Positions 1 to 11,126 of a DNA stretch of 34,907 nucleotides are shown here, piece after piece. Source of the DNA: Pelomyxa schiedti. Lineage: Eukaryota > Protista > Evosea. The DNA lies in NCBI GenBank assembly GCA_020536535.1, contig JAHLWZ010000080.1:1-34907 (forward strand). The letters are read 5' to 3'. Under the pieces are notes generated by a model. The model worked only from the letters and a program-made list of their open reading frames with translations, made no database searches and had not been told where the DNA came from. The translations under genes were made by a program, and so were the position numbers. Position 1 is the stretch's first letter. Every line of letters starts with the position of its first letter.

Positions 1-112
1 GGCAGTGATTTTTCACAGCTTTTTGACTGGATCACCGCCCAAAAAAACGGGGCAGAGCCGTTTACAGGAACTTGATCGGGAAAAAAAATCACCGCCCATT
101 GATCCAGATATG
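1..112. mobile_element. Right end of a TIR-bearing insertion element (continues beyond the window start)
   Basis: The reverse complement of 78-112 (CATATCTGGATCAATGGGCGGTGATTTTTTTTCCC) matches 34788-34821 with one mismatch and one T indel. ATCACCGCCC occurs at 31-40 and 88-97. The flank from 113 matches the empty site at 10958 onward. Confidence 0.75.
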
Positions 113-1077
113 CCTAAGTGCACGTTAGACGGCGCGTGGAGGAGTACGACGAGAATCCTCTTGGTTGCTTGATGCTTACCTCGGGGGCACCCGATTTGCC
201 AGTCTGTACAAGCCAAAAGCCCCATTCTTTTTTTGAATCTTCAAAGAGACATTGGCGCGTACACTAAGTGCCAACTTTATAAACTTTGTTTTTTTTTTCT
301 TTTGGGACTATCATCGTGCTAGTGTTGGTCCACCTCATTGTGATGTGTTGGCATTGCTGGTGATTGATGTTGGGGAGTAGAAGCAGTGGCAGTGACGGGT
401 TCCACTGTTGGTGTTGGTGTTGCTTCTGATGTGGGTGGCACAGCTGTGGGTTGATTTTGTTGCTGCTGTTGATTCTGCGATTGTGGTGGTGTGTTGGTGT
501 TGCGCTTCTGTTTTCTCGCCTTGCCTTTGTTTGTTTGTTGGGGTTTTAGTTTTGCAGGATGTGCACTGGATTGCGTTGTTGTTGTTACTGATTCTGTGGG
601 TATTTCTGGTGTTGTTGATACCGGCGGGGTATTATTATTTGTTGCGGAGGGGGTATGTGTTTGTGGGTCTGTGGTGAGAGTTGGTTCTGGTGTTGTTGTG
701 GTTGCGGTTGCGGCAGTAGTGGTAGGGTGTTTTGACCTGTACTCTCTGACTGTCTTCTGGAGCCGCAGCATGAATGTGTCGATGTCCTTTCTGGTTGTGC
801 CGATGGCGCACGCCATTGTGAGATACTGGCAGTGGTAGTGCGAGGTGTGCGCTCCGTAGTTCGCAAAGGTGAAGCTGTTTATGGTGTTCGATTTGCTGTC
901 GCGGCCTTGCACTCTGAGTAGTAGTATGGTGAGCGAAATGAAAGGTTGCTTTTTTTCCCCCCGGTTGGTTCGCAACCTCACTCCTGAGCAGTTACGCGAG
1001 AATAGCATGGAGCCCAGGTATGAGGCACCACCACTCCCAGTGAAAGTGTTCAATGTCATCCCTTTTTTTTTTTTTTT
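113..1077. repeat. Diverged copy (alternative haplotype or segmental duplicate) of ~10958-11897
   Basis: Near-identical to the 3' part of the SepSecS locus and its downstream flank, with SNPs and indels. Ends in a poly-T run at a scaffold gap. Confidence 0.9.
319..1062 (-). CDS. SEPSECS: SepSecS 3' exons, second copy/allele, truncated by the gap
   Basis: [28 protein letters not shown]...[18 protein letters not shown] is essentially identical to the C-terminus encoded at 11127-11882. The T/P/Q tail differs by in-frame indels. Confidence 0.85.
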   Translation of the reverse strand, partial: GMTLNTFTGSGGASYLGSMLFSRNCSGVRLRTNRGEKKQPFISLTILLLRVQGRDSKSNTINSFTFANYGAHTSHYHCQYLTMACAIGTTRKDIDTFMLRLQKTVREYRSKHPTTTAATATTTTPEPTLTTDPQTHTPSATNNNTPPVSTTPEIPTESVTTTTQSSAHPAKLKPQQTNKGKARKQKRNTNTPPQSQNQQQQQNQPTAVPPTSEATPTPTVEPVTATASTPQHQSPAMPTHHNEVDQH

Positions 1078-1177
1078 NNNNNNNNNNNNNNNNNNNNNNN
1101 NNNNNNNNNNNNNNNNNNNNNNNNNNNNNNNNNNNNNNNNNNNNNNNNNNNNNNNNNNNNNNNNNNNNNNNNNNNNN
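1078..1177. other. Scaffold gap (100 N)
   Basis: Run of N. Confidence 1.
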
Positions 1178-1373
1178 GGACGTGGTGTCTGTAATCCCAG
1201 CTGGCTAGGTAACTTCCTTCTGTATTTTATTATACTGGCACGGTGGTATGTAGGTTTTTTTTACAGCTGCGCCAGATGCAACCGCCAACGTACATCCCAC
1301 TCAAAGTACTAGGTACCAGACCGAATTCCTCACACTCACTCTCACCATCCTCACCTCACACCTCTATGTACAA

Positions 1374-1400
1374 GCCTGAAGTCGAAAATCGACTTCAGGC
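1374..1400. repeat. Perfect 12-bp-stem hairpin followed by A10
   Basis: GCCTGAAGTCGA-AAA-TCGACTTCAGGC, then 10 A at 1401-1410. Confidence 0.9.
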
Positions 1401-2245
1401 AAAAAAAAAAGTTTTCTGCCCTTAAGTCCTTGTATACAAAATCGTGCCACCCGTCACAGTAAAGTGTGGTAGTTGGAAAGCGGAAAAGCGGGAGAGTGGG
1501 TAAGGGAAGTTGGTCAGTCCGGTACCTACAACTGTTCAGCAATGACAAAAAAGGAGAAGGATGTACGTCGGTGGTTGTCATGTCAGCAGCGGCAGGCAGG
1601 TTGACCACCTAAGTGGGAAAAAGAAAACAAAGAAACAAGAAGCCACATACCAGTGGAAGGCACGGAAATGCATTCAAGGGGTGAGGCAATGCTGTAGGCC
1701 TAATACAAGTTGTAAAGGTGTAACAAATTACTTTTAATTAAATAAAATTAATTTAATTGATTCAGAAATAAAACAATTAGATATTAGATGGAACGACGTG
1801 ATGGAATAGACAACACAAGGTGGGTACCGCTTGTTCCTCTTCACCCCAGGGCGGCATGGTCTCCCCTCGTAGCAGCGATTTTTTTGATGGTAGTGGAGAT
1901 AAACAAAAGAGGCAAGTCAGTGCACAGTCTCCACAACCCCAAACATGCCATTTATGTCAAGGCCGCGCAGCCGCGGCGAGACCCGATTCAACGAACACAC
2001 ACGCCGCGCTGCCGCCGCGGCGCCGCGCCAACCGCCCCGCGGCACAAAACATCAACAAATCCCGGCAAAATCGGGCCGCTTCACCCTGCCTTGCTCACTA
2101 AAAAATTCTGTTTTTCTCATTTGACTCACCCCCGGGGTAACATCTTTCGCAACAGCCCGACCATCGTCCCATTTCCATAATCATTCTTTTTTTGGTGAGA
2201 ATGTAGAAATGTGTTTCAACCAGTACCCAAAATTGATTGGGTTTG

Positions 2246-3518
2246 TTAGAACTTATCAGGGAAAAGAGAAACAGTGCCGTGGATTTGGAAGTCCTTCACA
2301 CCCAACACAGAGAAGGATGCAACATGAACTCCAGAGAGTGCGTCCACGCATTTCACCATCTGGTTCTCCCTGGTGAACAGAAAGCCAGATCCCCAAATGA
2401 CCTGTTGTTGTTCAGCTCCATCCCACTCTCGCACCAGCTTGTTTGTTTCTATCTCGAACACACTGAAGTGTGTCACACCTGGCCTGTCATGGTGCTCAAC
2501 CACGTAGTGAGTGTCACCAACTGGCAATATTATTGAAATGTAGAAAATGGTGGAGTGGACTCCAGTGACAACATCCTGAATAAGGGTGAATGGTGTGTGA
2601 TACTGTCCACCTGTGTGAACAAGGAACAGCCTCTTGTGTCTGTCTGTGATGACATCCTTGCAACAACAAAGGTCCAACGTTGATTCCCTTGCTACAGAAA
2701 ACTCCTTTGTTATCACAAGTGCTCCTGAGTCAAAGCACTTCTGTATGTCAACAATCCTGACTATGCAGCAGCCCATCTTGTCAGCCGCAATGCACAGCTC
2801 ATCGCCATCTGCAATACACTCAACTGCTTGGCTGCGAGTGAGGAATAGATTTGAAGAAAGGCAATTACTCTGTGCCCTAATTTCAGCCACATCCAAAACC
2901 ACTGGATCACCTTTAGGGAAGCTCTGGCACAGTCTCCATATCTTCAATGAAGAACTGTCATTCAACACCAGCCACTTGTGGTTATAAACGGTGTTCCAAG
3001 GGCTGTACCATGGTCCCCCCACAACGGCAGTATCCCTCTTCCCAGTGAGGTCCACAGCACACAGTAAATTACTGTCATAGCACAGAATGACAGTTGGGCT
3101 CAGGAACCTCACATTGGGGTCTGGTGTATTGTATAACTTCAGGACTTTTGGTGTTCCACCAGTTACACCGAGTGTGTGTGACACACTGAAAAGGACATAC
3201 ACTCTGGTGAATGGAGAAGGCCGGCCCCAAGGACTGTCAACAGCAATAGCCACACAGCGTGACGGTTCCAGAACCCACGATTGAATCAACTCACGCAACA
3301 CACACTGGGGCAGAAGAGAGACTGCCTGCTTGTGCATTGGCTGGCTGCCTTTTGTTGTTGTTGTCACTTCCCCTGCTGCTATTACTTAAGTCATAGCAGT
3401 GAGGGGGAGAACAAAAAAGTTTGAGTTTGTGGTTGTAAAAAATACCTGGGGCCTTTTGACACAGCAACAGGGCCGCGGCTTGGTCTCGAGCCAGAATCCC
3501 ATCGCGAAATTCGATCAT
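2246..3518 (-). CDS. Orphan-family protein (homologue of 30657-32108 and 32212-33447), one intron
   Basis: ATG at 3518 (MIEFRDGILARDQAAALLLC). A GT-AG intron at 3445-3385 joins it in frame to the 373-aa ORF. Motifs shared with the 30-33 kb copies: PQCVLRELIQSWVL, VSHTLGVT, KWLV, KIWRL, CIADGDELCI, DIQKCF, LVREW, DALSGVHV. Confidence 0.8.
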
Positions 3519-3655
3519 CCCACAATTCTGATGTGACGTTACTAGTGGTGGTCTCCGATACCAACTATTAAAATCTACGACGTCGTTGATTCTCTTTTCC
3601 GACTGAGACGACTTCCTTGACTGTGATTGCCACCTGGGATCTGGTTCGGGGCAGA

Positions 3656-4361
3656 ATGAACCCGACAGCAACCAGAGACATTGTATGCATCGAATTACAA
3701 CAGCGCCGATTACTCTGGGGACACTTGTCTCTGAATCATATCATTTTTGTTTTGATCGGGTCCTGGGGATGAAGGTGTCGTATCGGATCGGAGGGCGCGA
3801 GGGAGAGGGCGATTCCACTACGTGGAACGCGTTGACAAATTGGAATGATCCTGGATGGGAGATGCGCTTCGATGTATGTACATTCAACCCCAACCAACTC
3901 TTTTGGTTTTAATTGCTGTGCCCTTATTTTTTTTTTAAATTTCCTACGTCTATGCCTTGTATATTGTATATCGCGAGTAATAAAAGGATGTTTCTTTGTG
4001 CCAATCCAGATTTCTATGGGCAGGTAGAAGAGGGTCGAGTGAGCGGCGGAAACACAAACGACGCACCGGGGCTGCAGAGGCTCAAGTTGTACACCGGCAC
4101 ACTCGTGGATGGCCACCTTGATATCACCAGCAACCACGGAGTGCGTTATGTGGCTGACATTGTGGTGAGAGACTATCTATAATTATGCGTAATCCTATTG
4201 AGAATGTATTTAATAACACCGGGGTTCTTAAATGAGAGGAAATATATTTAGATACATAAAATATACTGTACTTTAATGAAACTTAAAGGTGGGCGAAATG
4301 TGTACAGTGGAGATATCACACAACACCTCTTCTGCCCTTGGCCGTGGCAGAGTGTCAATGA
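3656..4361 (+). CDS. Small spliced hypothetical protein (exon boundaries uncertain)
   Basis: Coding-like blocks MNPTATRDI / VSYRIGGREGEGDSTTWNALTNWNDPGWEMRFD / VEEGRVSGG...RYVADIV / WRYHTT...ECQ-TGA are separated by intron-like GT-AG segments. No family recognised. Confidence 0.45.
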
Positions 4362-4545
4362 AAACTGGTTGAGCTTCCTTTCGGTAAATCAACACTTATA
4401 CACGAGGACTCCTCTATTGGAAGCTCCTCTTACATGTAAACATCAAGCAACCCTCTACCTCATCATCCGCCTTGTTGTTCTCTCCATCACTTTACAGTAA
4501 GCCATCAAAGAATGCAGTTGCACGTCGGCAACATTATTTGTGTCA

Positions 4546-5813
4546 ATGTCGGGCACCGTCGACCACAACCAATCACCCGCAGAAGACGACGACAACGACG
4601 AAGAGGAAGAGGAAGAAGAAGAGGGTGGTGATGATGACGATGAGGGCGGAAAGGAAGAAGAAGAAGAAAACGATGGTGATGATGATGATGACAACGAGAA
4701 AGAGCAATGTGATGGAGACGGTGACGGAGATGACAGTGATGCAGAAGAAGGGGAAGAAAAAGAAGATGATGAGGAAGAAAAAGATCACGAAGACAGCAGC
4801 AACGACGACGAGGACGAGGGCGATGAGGCTGAGGTAACGATGCACGCGAATGTGTGCGCGTGTGAGTGAATGAGAGTGACTGCGTGTGTATCATGTTTAT
4901 TATGGTTCTGACCCAAGTAAAGGAAAAACTCGCGGGTTTGAAGAGACCAGCTAGTACTACTACTACAGCAGCAGGCGCTGGTGTGGGGACACGCATGAAC
5001 GCGGCGGCGGCGGCCACCAAGTTCCTGCGCGTGGACTGCATGTGCTGGTGCAAGGTATCCGGTCTCACAAGCTCCGATAAAATGGAGGAATTACATAGAC
5101 TGTTCTCTGCCTGTGATGGCTTCCAGGGTGTAAAACAAGGTCAGGGTCCGTCGGCTACAAGGTACCGAGTCGCTTCTTTCTTATTAGAAAGATTCTATGC
5201 TAGTATAAGATGGTAAAAACCTGAAGTATATTACTTTATATCAAAATTATTAGGATAAGATAGAAATTAGGGCATTAAAGAAAGACAAATATATGTTTTA
5301 TTACTTACTTTCTAAAGTGGGACGGCCTATGCTGTATTCCGTGATGCTGCAACAAGGTTACAGGCAATTGAAAGCATGGATGGGATAGATTTCAAAGGGC
5401 ACAAATTGAACGTTGCAGCTACCACTGAGCCGCCACCTCCAAACTACACAGAGCAGAATACACCCAGGGGCCATCCCCACCCTTACCGAGGAGGCACCAC
5501 CCAAAGATCGAGAGGCACAATGCCAAGAGGCACAACAGCAGCAACAACAACAACAAGAGGGAGGGGCAGGGGCACACCAGCAGCCACCACGCGAGGCAGG
5601 GGCACAATCCCAACCACAAGCACATTCCGAGGAGGCAGGGGAAGGGGCCGAGGCACCAGGGGAGACCTGGGCCGAGGAAGAGGTAGAGGGAGCAGAGGGA
5701 GTGGGGGAAGAGGGCGAGGAAGAGGCAGCAGGGGAGGGAGAGGCAGGGGAGGGAGCGGGAGGGGAAGGAGAGCCAGAGGCACAGGAGAGGGTGGTGTCAT
5801 TGTGCACCCTTGA
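4546..5813 (+). CDS. Nucleolin-like RNA-binding protein: acidic N-terminus, one RRM, RG/RGG tail
   Basis: D/E-rich exon at 4546-4833. Spliced RRM: CKVSGL...GTAYAVFRDAATRLQAIESMDGIDFKGHKLNV. C-terminal GRGRG/RGG repeats at ~5560-5770. Confidence 0.8.
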
Positions 5814-5927
5814 CCAACATCATCCCACCATCACCCTCAGTCACACAGAATTCCATTTTCAGGAGAAAATAACATAATTTTTTTGAAACCAATGTTACAT
5901 GTGAGAGGATGTGGGGATGAACTGTGT

Positions 5928-6860
5928 TCAACACTTTCTCTTGGGTGTTGTTGTGGTTGTAGCGCCGGAAGTGATGTGAAGAGTGGGAGTGGGTGTTGTT
6001 GTGGTTGTTTTTGCGGGAACAGCTTTCCCAATCCTGGCTTTGATGTCCGCTGTCATTTTGAGAAAGGCTTTCTCAACATTGTAGGCTGTGCGTGCCGAGG
6101 TCTCCCTAGGTTACATTTTCAGTTGTTTTCAAGGGGTGATAATGTATTGCAAACATGAACGGAAGCCCTTGTGCATCAGCAAAGGCCTGTGCTTCTTCCG
6201 TTGAAACGGTCCTTTTGCTGACTGCATCGACTTGATTGCCGATTAATAACTTGTTTACATTCTCACAAGCATAGCGGTCAACTTCTTGCAGCCTAGGAAA
6301 TAGTCAATTTGATAAAAAGGTAAGGGAACTTGCCATTGCCGGATATTATGAAAAGATACCGCATCAGACGTAGAGTAACTTTATGAATCAGATAGTTATT
6401 GTTGACATATTAACTTACACTAAGATTATACCATGAGCCCCTCGGTAGTATGAGGATGTTATAGTACGGAACCGTTCTTGGCCAGCAGTGTCCCACTATT
6501 TTACTTAAGTGTTCAATATATAAAAAAAGATTACAAACAATTTGCAGTTTAATGACCTTGCCATCAAGTTCCACAGTTCTAATTTTCTAAAAAATTAGGA
6601 GGTTCAAAATTGTTGCGTCAATTACATACAAAGTCCACCCCTATTGTGCTAATGTAACTCTCTGTGTAGGCATCATCCGCAAAACGCCTAATGTGCGTGT
6701 TACATTTATTTATACTGGCAAGACAAGACTCACAGCAGCAAGCAGCTTTTGCCTACTCCAGTGTCCCCAACAAGTAACAACTTGAACAAATAGTCACTTG
6801 AGGGACAAGCGAAAGTAAGAAACAATATGAATACAAGACAACGCACTATTCAGGCTGCAT
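5928..6860 (-). CDS. RAB1: Rab1/Ypt1-like small GTPase (divergent), multi-exon
   Basis: Spliced translation [85 protein letters not shown]...GNQVD...ETSAR...PKRKC*. Confidence 0.9.
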
Positions 6861-7336
6861 AATACTGCTCAAATGTTGCTTGTTGTCCGACAACACCCGA
6901 CACCCGCGACGAATCGTTCTTCGAACTAAGAAACCAACTTAGTCAAACACTTTGGCTTGATCCCACCATCAGTGCCAGGTGGCTTCTAATCTGTTATTTG
7001 GGTGGTCAGAAGCCCGATTCATTCAAATAGAAAACGGGTAGTCGGGGGTTCTGTGAATGCCTGGGCTTGTTGCTGCTGAAAAAGGACAACATGACAGAAT
7101 CTGCCGGTGTCGGTGCTTCTGTCGTGTGGCTTCTTCTAACGGCAATTCCAAGCTCCAAAGCAACATTTCTAAAAAAAAACAAAAGCCAATTTGTTATCTT
7201 CCGGACTACTGCTTTGACACTCTGCTGAGAAGGGAGAAAAATATTTTTATTGCAGTAAGTGCCAGGGAGTGTTGATACAATTCATTCCTTGGAGTGATGG
7301 TGGTAGGTTGGTTGTTTTTGTTGGGGATGCATGTCG

Positions 7337-10300
7337 TCAGTCATCGCGGGTCAGAATCACTATCTGAGCCTCCAGGAGTTCGACTACACGACGTGATAGC
7401 TGCTGAAGTTGCACTGTGATAGTCCCGCACGTGGTGGATAGGCGCTGGTAGTCCTGCTGGAGAGTGGCCATGCGCGCCCGATTATGGGATAGCGCCGCTG
7501 TAAGCTCCGCGGGGATGAATGATCCCGTTTCCTGGTTTTTGTGTATTATTTAGTAGTGCGAATATTTGTTACTTATTAGTAGAAAAGGATACAGTGGAAT
7601 TAAGAATGTAGGCCGGAAGTGGGGGTTAATGTAAGAAAATGAAATGAGAATGGCAGAGAATCGGAGCGGTTAAGAATGTGGTTCTGGGAATGAGGAATTC
7701 ATACAGTCATCTGGGTTAGTTGTGCTAGCCTGCTCCCTGTGGCGTTTGCTTCATTTTCAAGGTCAGCAAGTTGCTTGGATAGCTCGGTGTGCTTCGGGTT
7801 GGAAACATCGGGCTGCGGAACAGTGGTGAGAACTTCCAATCGGATGATCAGATTCCCGTGAGTTTTCCTTTTACTTTCGGGGTTCTCTAGTGGGATAGAC
7901 TGGGTCTTGGTTTCTATAAGTTCGGCGAGGTTCACAGCCTTGAAAGTGGGATTAATTGGTTTTTGGATGCAAATAGAGAGTTGGGAATTAGGTATTCACC
8001 GCGGATCCGCTGTTTATTTATTAGTAAGGGTAACTGAATTGTTTGTAACGCACATGAAATCATGTGCAGAGACTTTGTCAAAGTCGAAGAGTTGGAAATC
8101 TTTGCAAGTGACATCATTACCCCAAAGAAAAAACCTCAACAGGCATACTAAGTACAGTGTTTACCCCTTGCGGGAATTGGTCTACTTTGAGCTCAAATTG
8201 CTCCCAACTGGGATTCAACTGCTTTGTGATAACCTATCGAGAGAGTGAGGAAATTCTTCTGGCCCCTGAGAAGAGTACATCAGATTGGTATATAGGAGAT
8301 TTGGAATCTTTATGAAACAATTTAAAGTATGGATCTGAAAAAGAGTTAAGTTCCCTACTGAGGAGGAGCATAAAATACCAGTGCTGAAGAGATCCATAAC
8401 CGGAAGTCCCTTAGCGGAAGGAAAGAGTCTGCCCCAAGGTGAAAAAGTAAGAAATTGCCGAGACATTACCTTATTGTATGTGGAACATCTTTAAACAGCA
8501 TTGCAGGAACTTGTTCCAACTGGTTGCGTGCTTCGTGAATTTTTGATTGTAGGGACTGCATTAATTCAGTCAGGCGATTCACTTCTTCCATATGTTTTGC
8601 ATGGGCTTGGGCTGCTATTTGCTCATCTCGAAGCAATACGGGACCAAGAGTTTGCATTTCAGCACTAAAGCCAAATACCATTAGGTAACGAGAAGGTCTA
8701 TATTTTTCCCATACCTCTGAGCTTGAAGCTGTTCAGAATTTGTGGCGTACGAGGAGTTCAAAATATTTTGCTGTTCTTTTATTTCCGAAAGCTGGTCTCT
8801 CAAGTGTTGAAGATCATTATCCCGCTGTTGTTTCTTCCATACAAGCATACTTTTCTGTGCCGCATCAGCTCTCTTTTTTACTTCTTCTTCTTCAGTTTTC
8901 TTGGCCCTTTCTTCTTTTGCTTTTTGTAAGTTCTCTTCTTCTCGCTTCACAGCTGTTGTTTGTTCTAACAGTCTTTCTTCACGTTCTCTTTCCCGTTCCA
9001 TTTTTTCCAGTCTTTCTTTTTCCTCTCTTTCCTTGCGCTCTTGTTCCTCTCTTTCTTTCTTTTCTCTTTCTTCTCTTTCTCTCTTCTGCCTTTCTTCTTC
9101 TTCTTGTCTTAATCTTTCCTCTCTTTCTTTGATCTCAGTGGCATTCCGGTCTTCTCTTTCTCTCTTTTCCTTCTCCAATCTTTCTGCCATTTCCCTCTCA
9201 AAATCTTCTGCCCTTTTCCTGAACTCCTCTTCTCGCCTCTCGAGGTCCAATAACCTCTGTTCGCGTAAACGAAGAGATTCTTCTCTATCTTGAGCTGATT
9301 TCGCTTCTTCTTCTCGTTTCTGACGCTCACGATCGAGTCTTGCCTGCTTTGCTTTATGTGGGGCTGGGTGAGACATCACTTTGTTAGAAATTAAATACCT
9401 TCAGGTGTTTCAAGATCGGGGTACTTTTGGAACATGTTCGCCAGAAAGGCAAATAGTAGACGAGAGTTTCCCTTCACAATGTCTTCTGCATTAATGAAGT
9501 TACAGCATCCAATGGTATCAGCCTGTTTGAGAGCATGGTGTGCTCGAACCCCCAAATCAGTTTCAGCAAGGAAGGCGCTGTCTGGGGCCTCGCATCGTGC
9601 ATCAAGTTGGTGCATAAGAGAAACCAATTTCATACTGTCCTACACACTGATGAGTTGGCCGAGAGAAAAAGAGTTTGTACATTCAAATCAGATCCAAAAT
9701 TGGAAATTGGGGGGACATTAGCATGAGCAAGATGGAAGTTTGCCCTGTCGTTGTTAAAGTAGTGGCGTGGTGTGGTAGGAATAAACCATTCAAGGATAAC
9801 TCTCTCAGCATCGGAAACAGTCACAGGAGTAGCTGTTTCATTTGTATTCGCCATAGCAAGTCGTGTGACTTTCAGTTTCAAGTCATACTGTAGTTTCAGT
9901 TAGAGGCATGAAAAAGTTGAAAGGAAGTTGAAAATACCGCAACAAGTTGCCAGAGCAAGCCTAGTGTTACATGAGGGGCCTTTTGAAAGTTGAGTAAGAG
10001 TAAACGGGGCAGAGGGATATAGCACCTTTCCCTGGCATATCTCTGCAGTGTGGATATTGATTATATTGATCCCTTTTATTGTTGTTGCAGCCTCAAGTGC
10101 CTTGGAGATATTTTCTCTCATATGGATTTCCATCATTTGTGCCTTACTGGTGAACGAAGGAATAAGGGGCTTATCTCCGCCAAAGGTGTTTACAAATTTG
10201 CTGCAGTGAAAGGTCATAATAGAGGTAAGCGGGAGAGGCAACTAACCACAGAATAACTCCATCTCTTAAAGCCTGAAATATGTCCACAGGGGTAGCGATA

Positions 10301-10643
10301 GGAATTTTCCCGTGTGGCAGAGTTCCACTTGTATAGAAGTTATTATATATATTAATATAAGAATAATAAGAAGAAATGGAGCAGAAGAGAGTAAGCACAC
10401 ACGATTGCAACAAAGAATCAGAAGCAAGGCACCGGTTAATGTGACTCACAATACCAGCCAACTCCTCCTCAGAATATCTTGATTTTTTGGTTATAGTGCA
10501 TAATTCTAAACATTGAAAACAACAAAAAAAGGGATGAATTCATTAAAAGAAACCCAAAAACAAAACACATACGAGTGTGAACCAGCATCTGTTGACAGTT
10601 GCACTACTTTACCCCCTGTCTTAAATGCACCCCCGCTGGCCAT
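7337..10643 (-). CDS. Fimbrin/plastin-type tandem calponin-homology domain + charged helical segment + copine-like C2 domain protein
   Basis: HSYSEEELAGIVSHIN, LRDGVILCKFVN, RENISKAL, LGLLWQL, ILEWANFHL, ISNFGSDL and AEDIVKGNSRLLFAFLANMF match fimbrin ABD1. E/R/K-rich helix at ~8850-9330. C2: SAKGLPVMDLFSTDPYF...LNPSW...FDFDKVSAHDF. Confidence 0.8.
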
Positions 10644-11126
10644 TGTTTATTGTTGTTATGGGTGTCGTTCAAATACCGCCTTTTGGTTTTCCTTGTTGGT
10701 TTGTCGTTTTGCCGGGCGTCGTTGTGACTTTTCGGTCCTGCAACGAAAACTTTCTGGGGTATTGTCAAGAAGTGCTTCTGTTCCAACCCACTCCCAAAAA
10801 CACTTTGGCACTATTACCCTGCTCACAACCTTTATAAGCACGCTCAGAAATATTTGACTCACAGTCACCTTTTAATCTAAGGGGATCACCAAGCGACCCC
10901 GTGTGTGGCCGAACACCTAAGGCGGCTTCTCTGCATACTTCGTCTCGCGAGCTGTCGTCTAAGTCCACGTTAGACGGAGGCGCGTTGAGGGGAGGACGAC
11001 GAGAAGCACCTCTTGGTGCTGAACCACACGGTTGGTGCTGTTTGCCAGTCTATTTTTTGTACAAGCCAAAAGGCCATTTGCCCGTAAGTAAGCAACTTTA
11101 TTTTGTTTTTTTGGACTATCATTGTG

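Noticed and set aside
1374-1410. Rho-independent terminator
   Set aside because: The locus is eukaryotic, and on neither strand is the hairpin followed by a U tract.
3291-3671. Apparent frameshift between ORFs 3291-3671 and 2246-3367
   Set aside because: A 61-nt GT-AG intron (3445-3385) restores the frame.
4455-5877. Many overlapping alternative-frame and antisense ORFs (also at 408-866, 8723-9330, 14261-15265, 20338-21552)
   Set aside because: These are shadows of low-complexity coding sequence that lacks stops in other frames.
5895-5933. Rab C-terminal TGT-TGA read as Cys-Sec
   Set aside because: Read-through would add 10 residues and bury the prenylation site, and I found no SECIS-like structure downstream. 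A plain stop is simpler.
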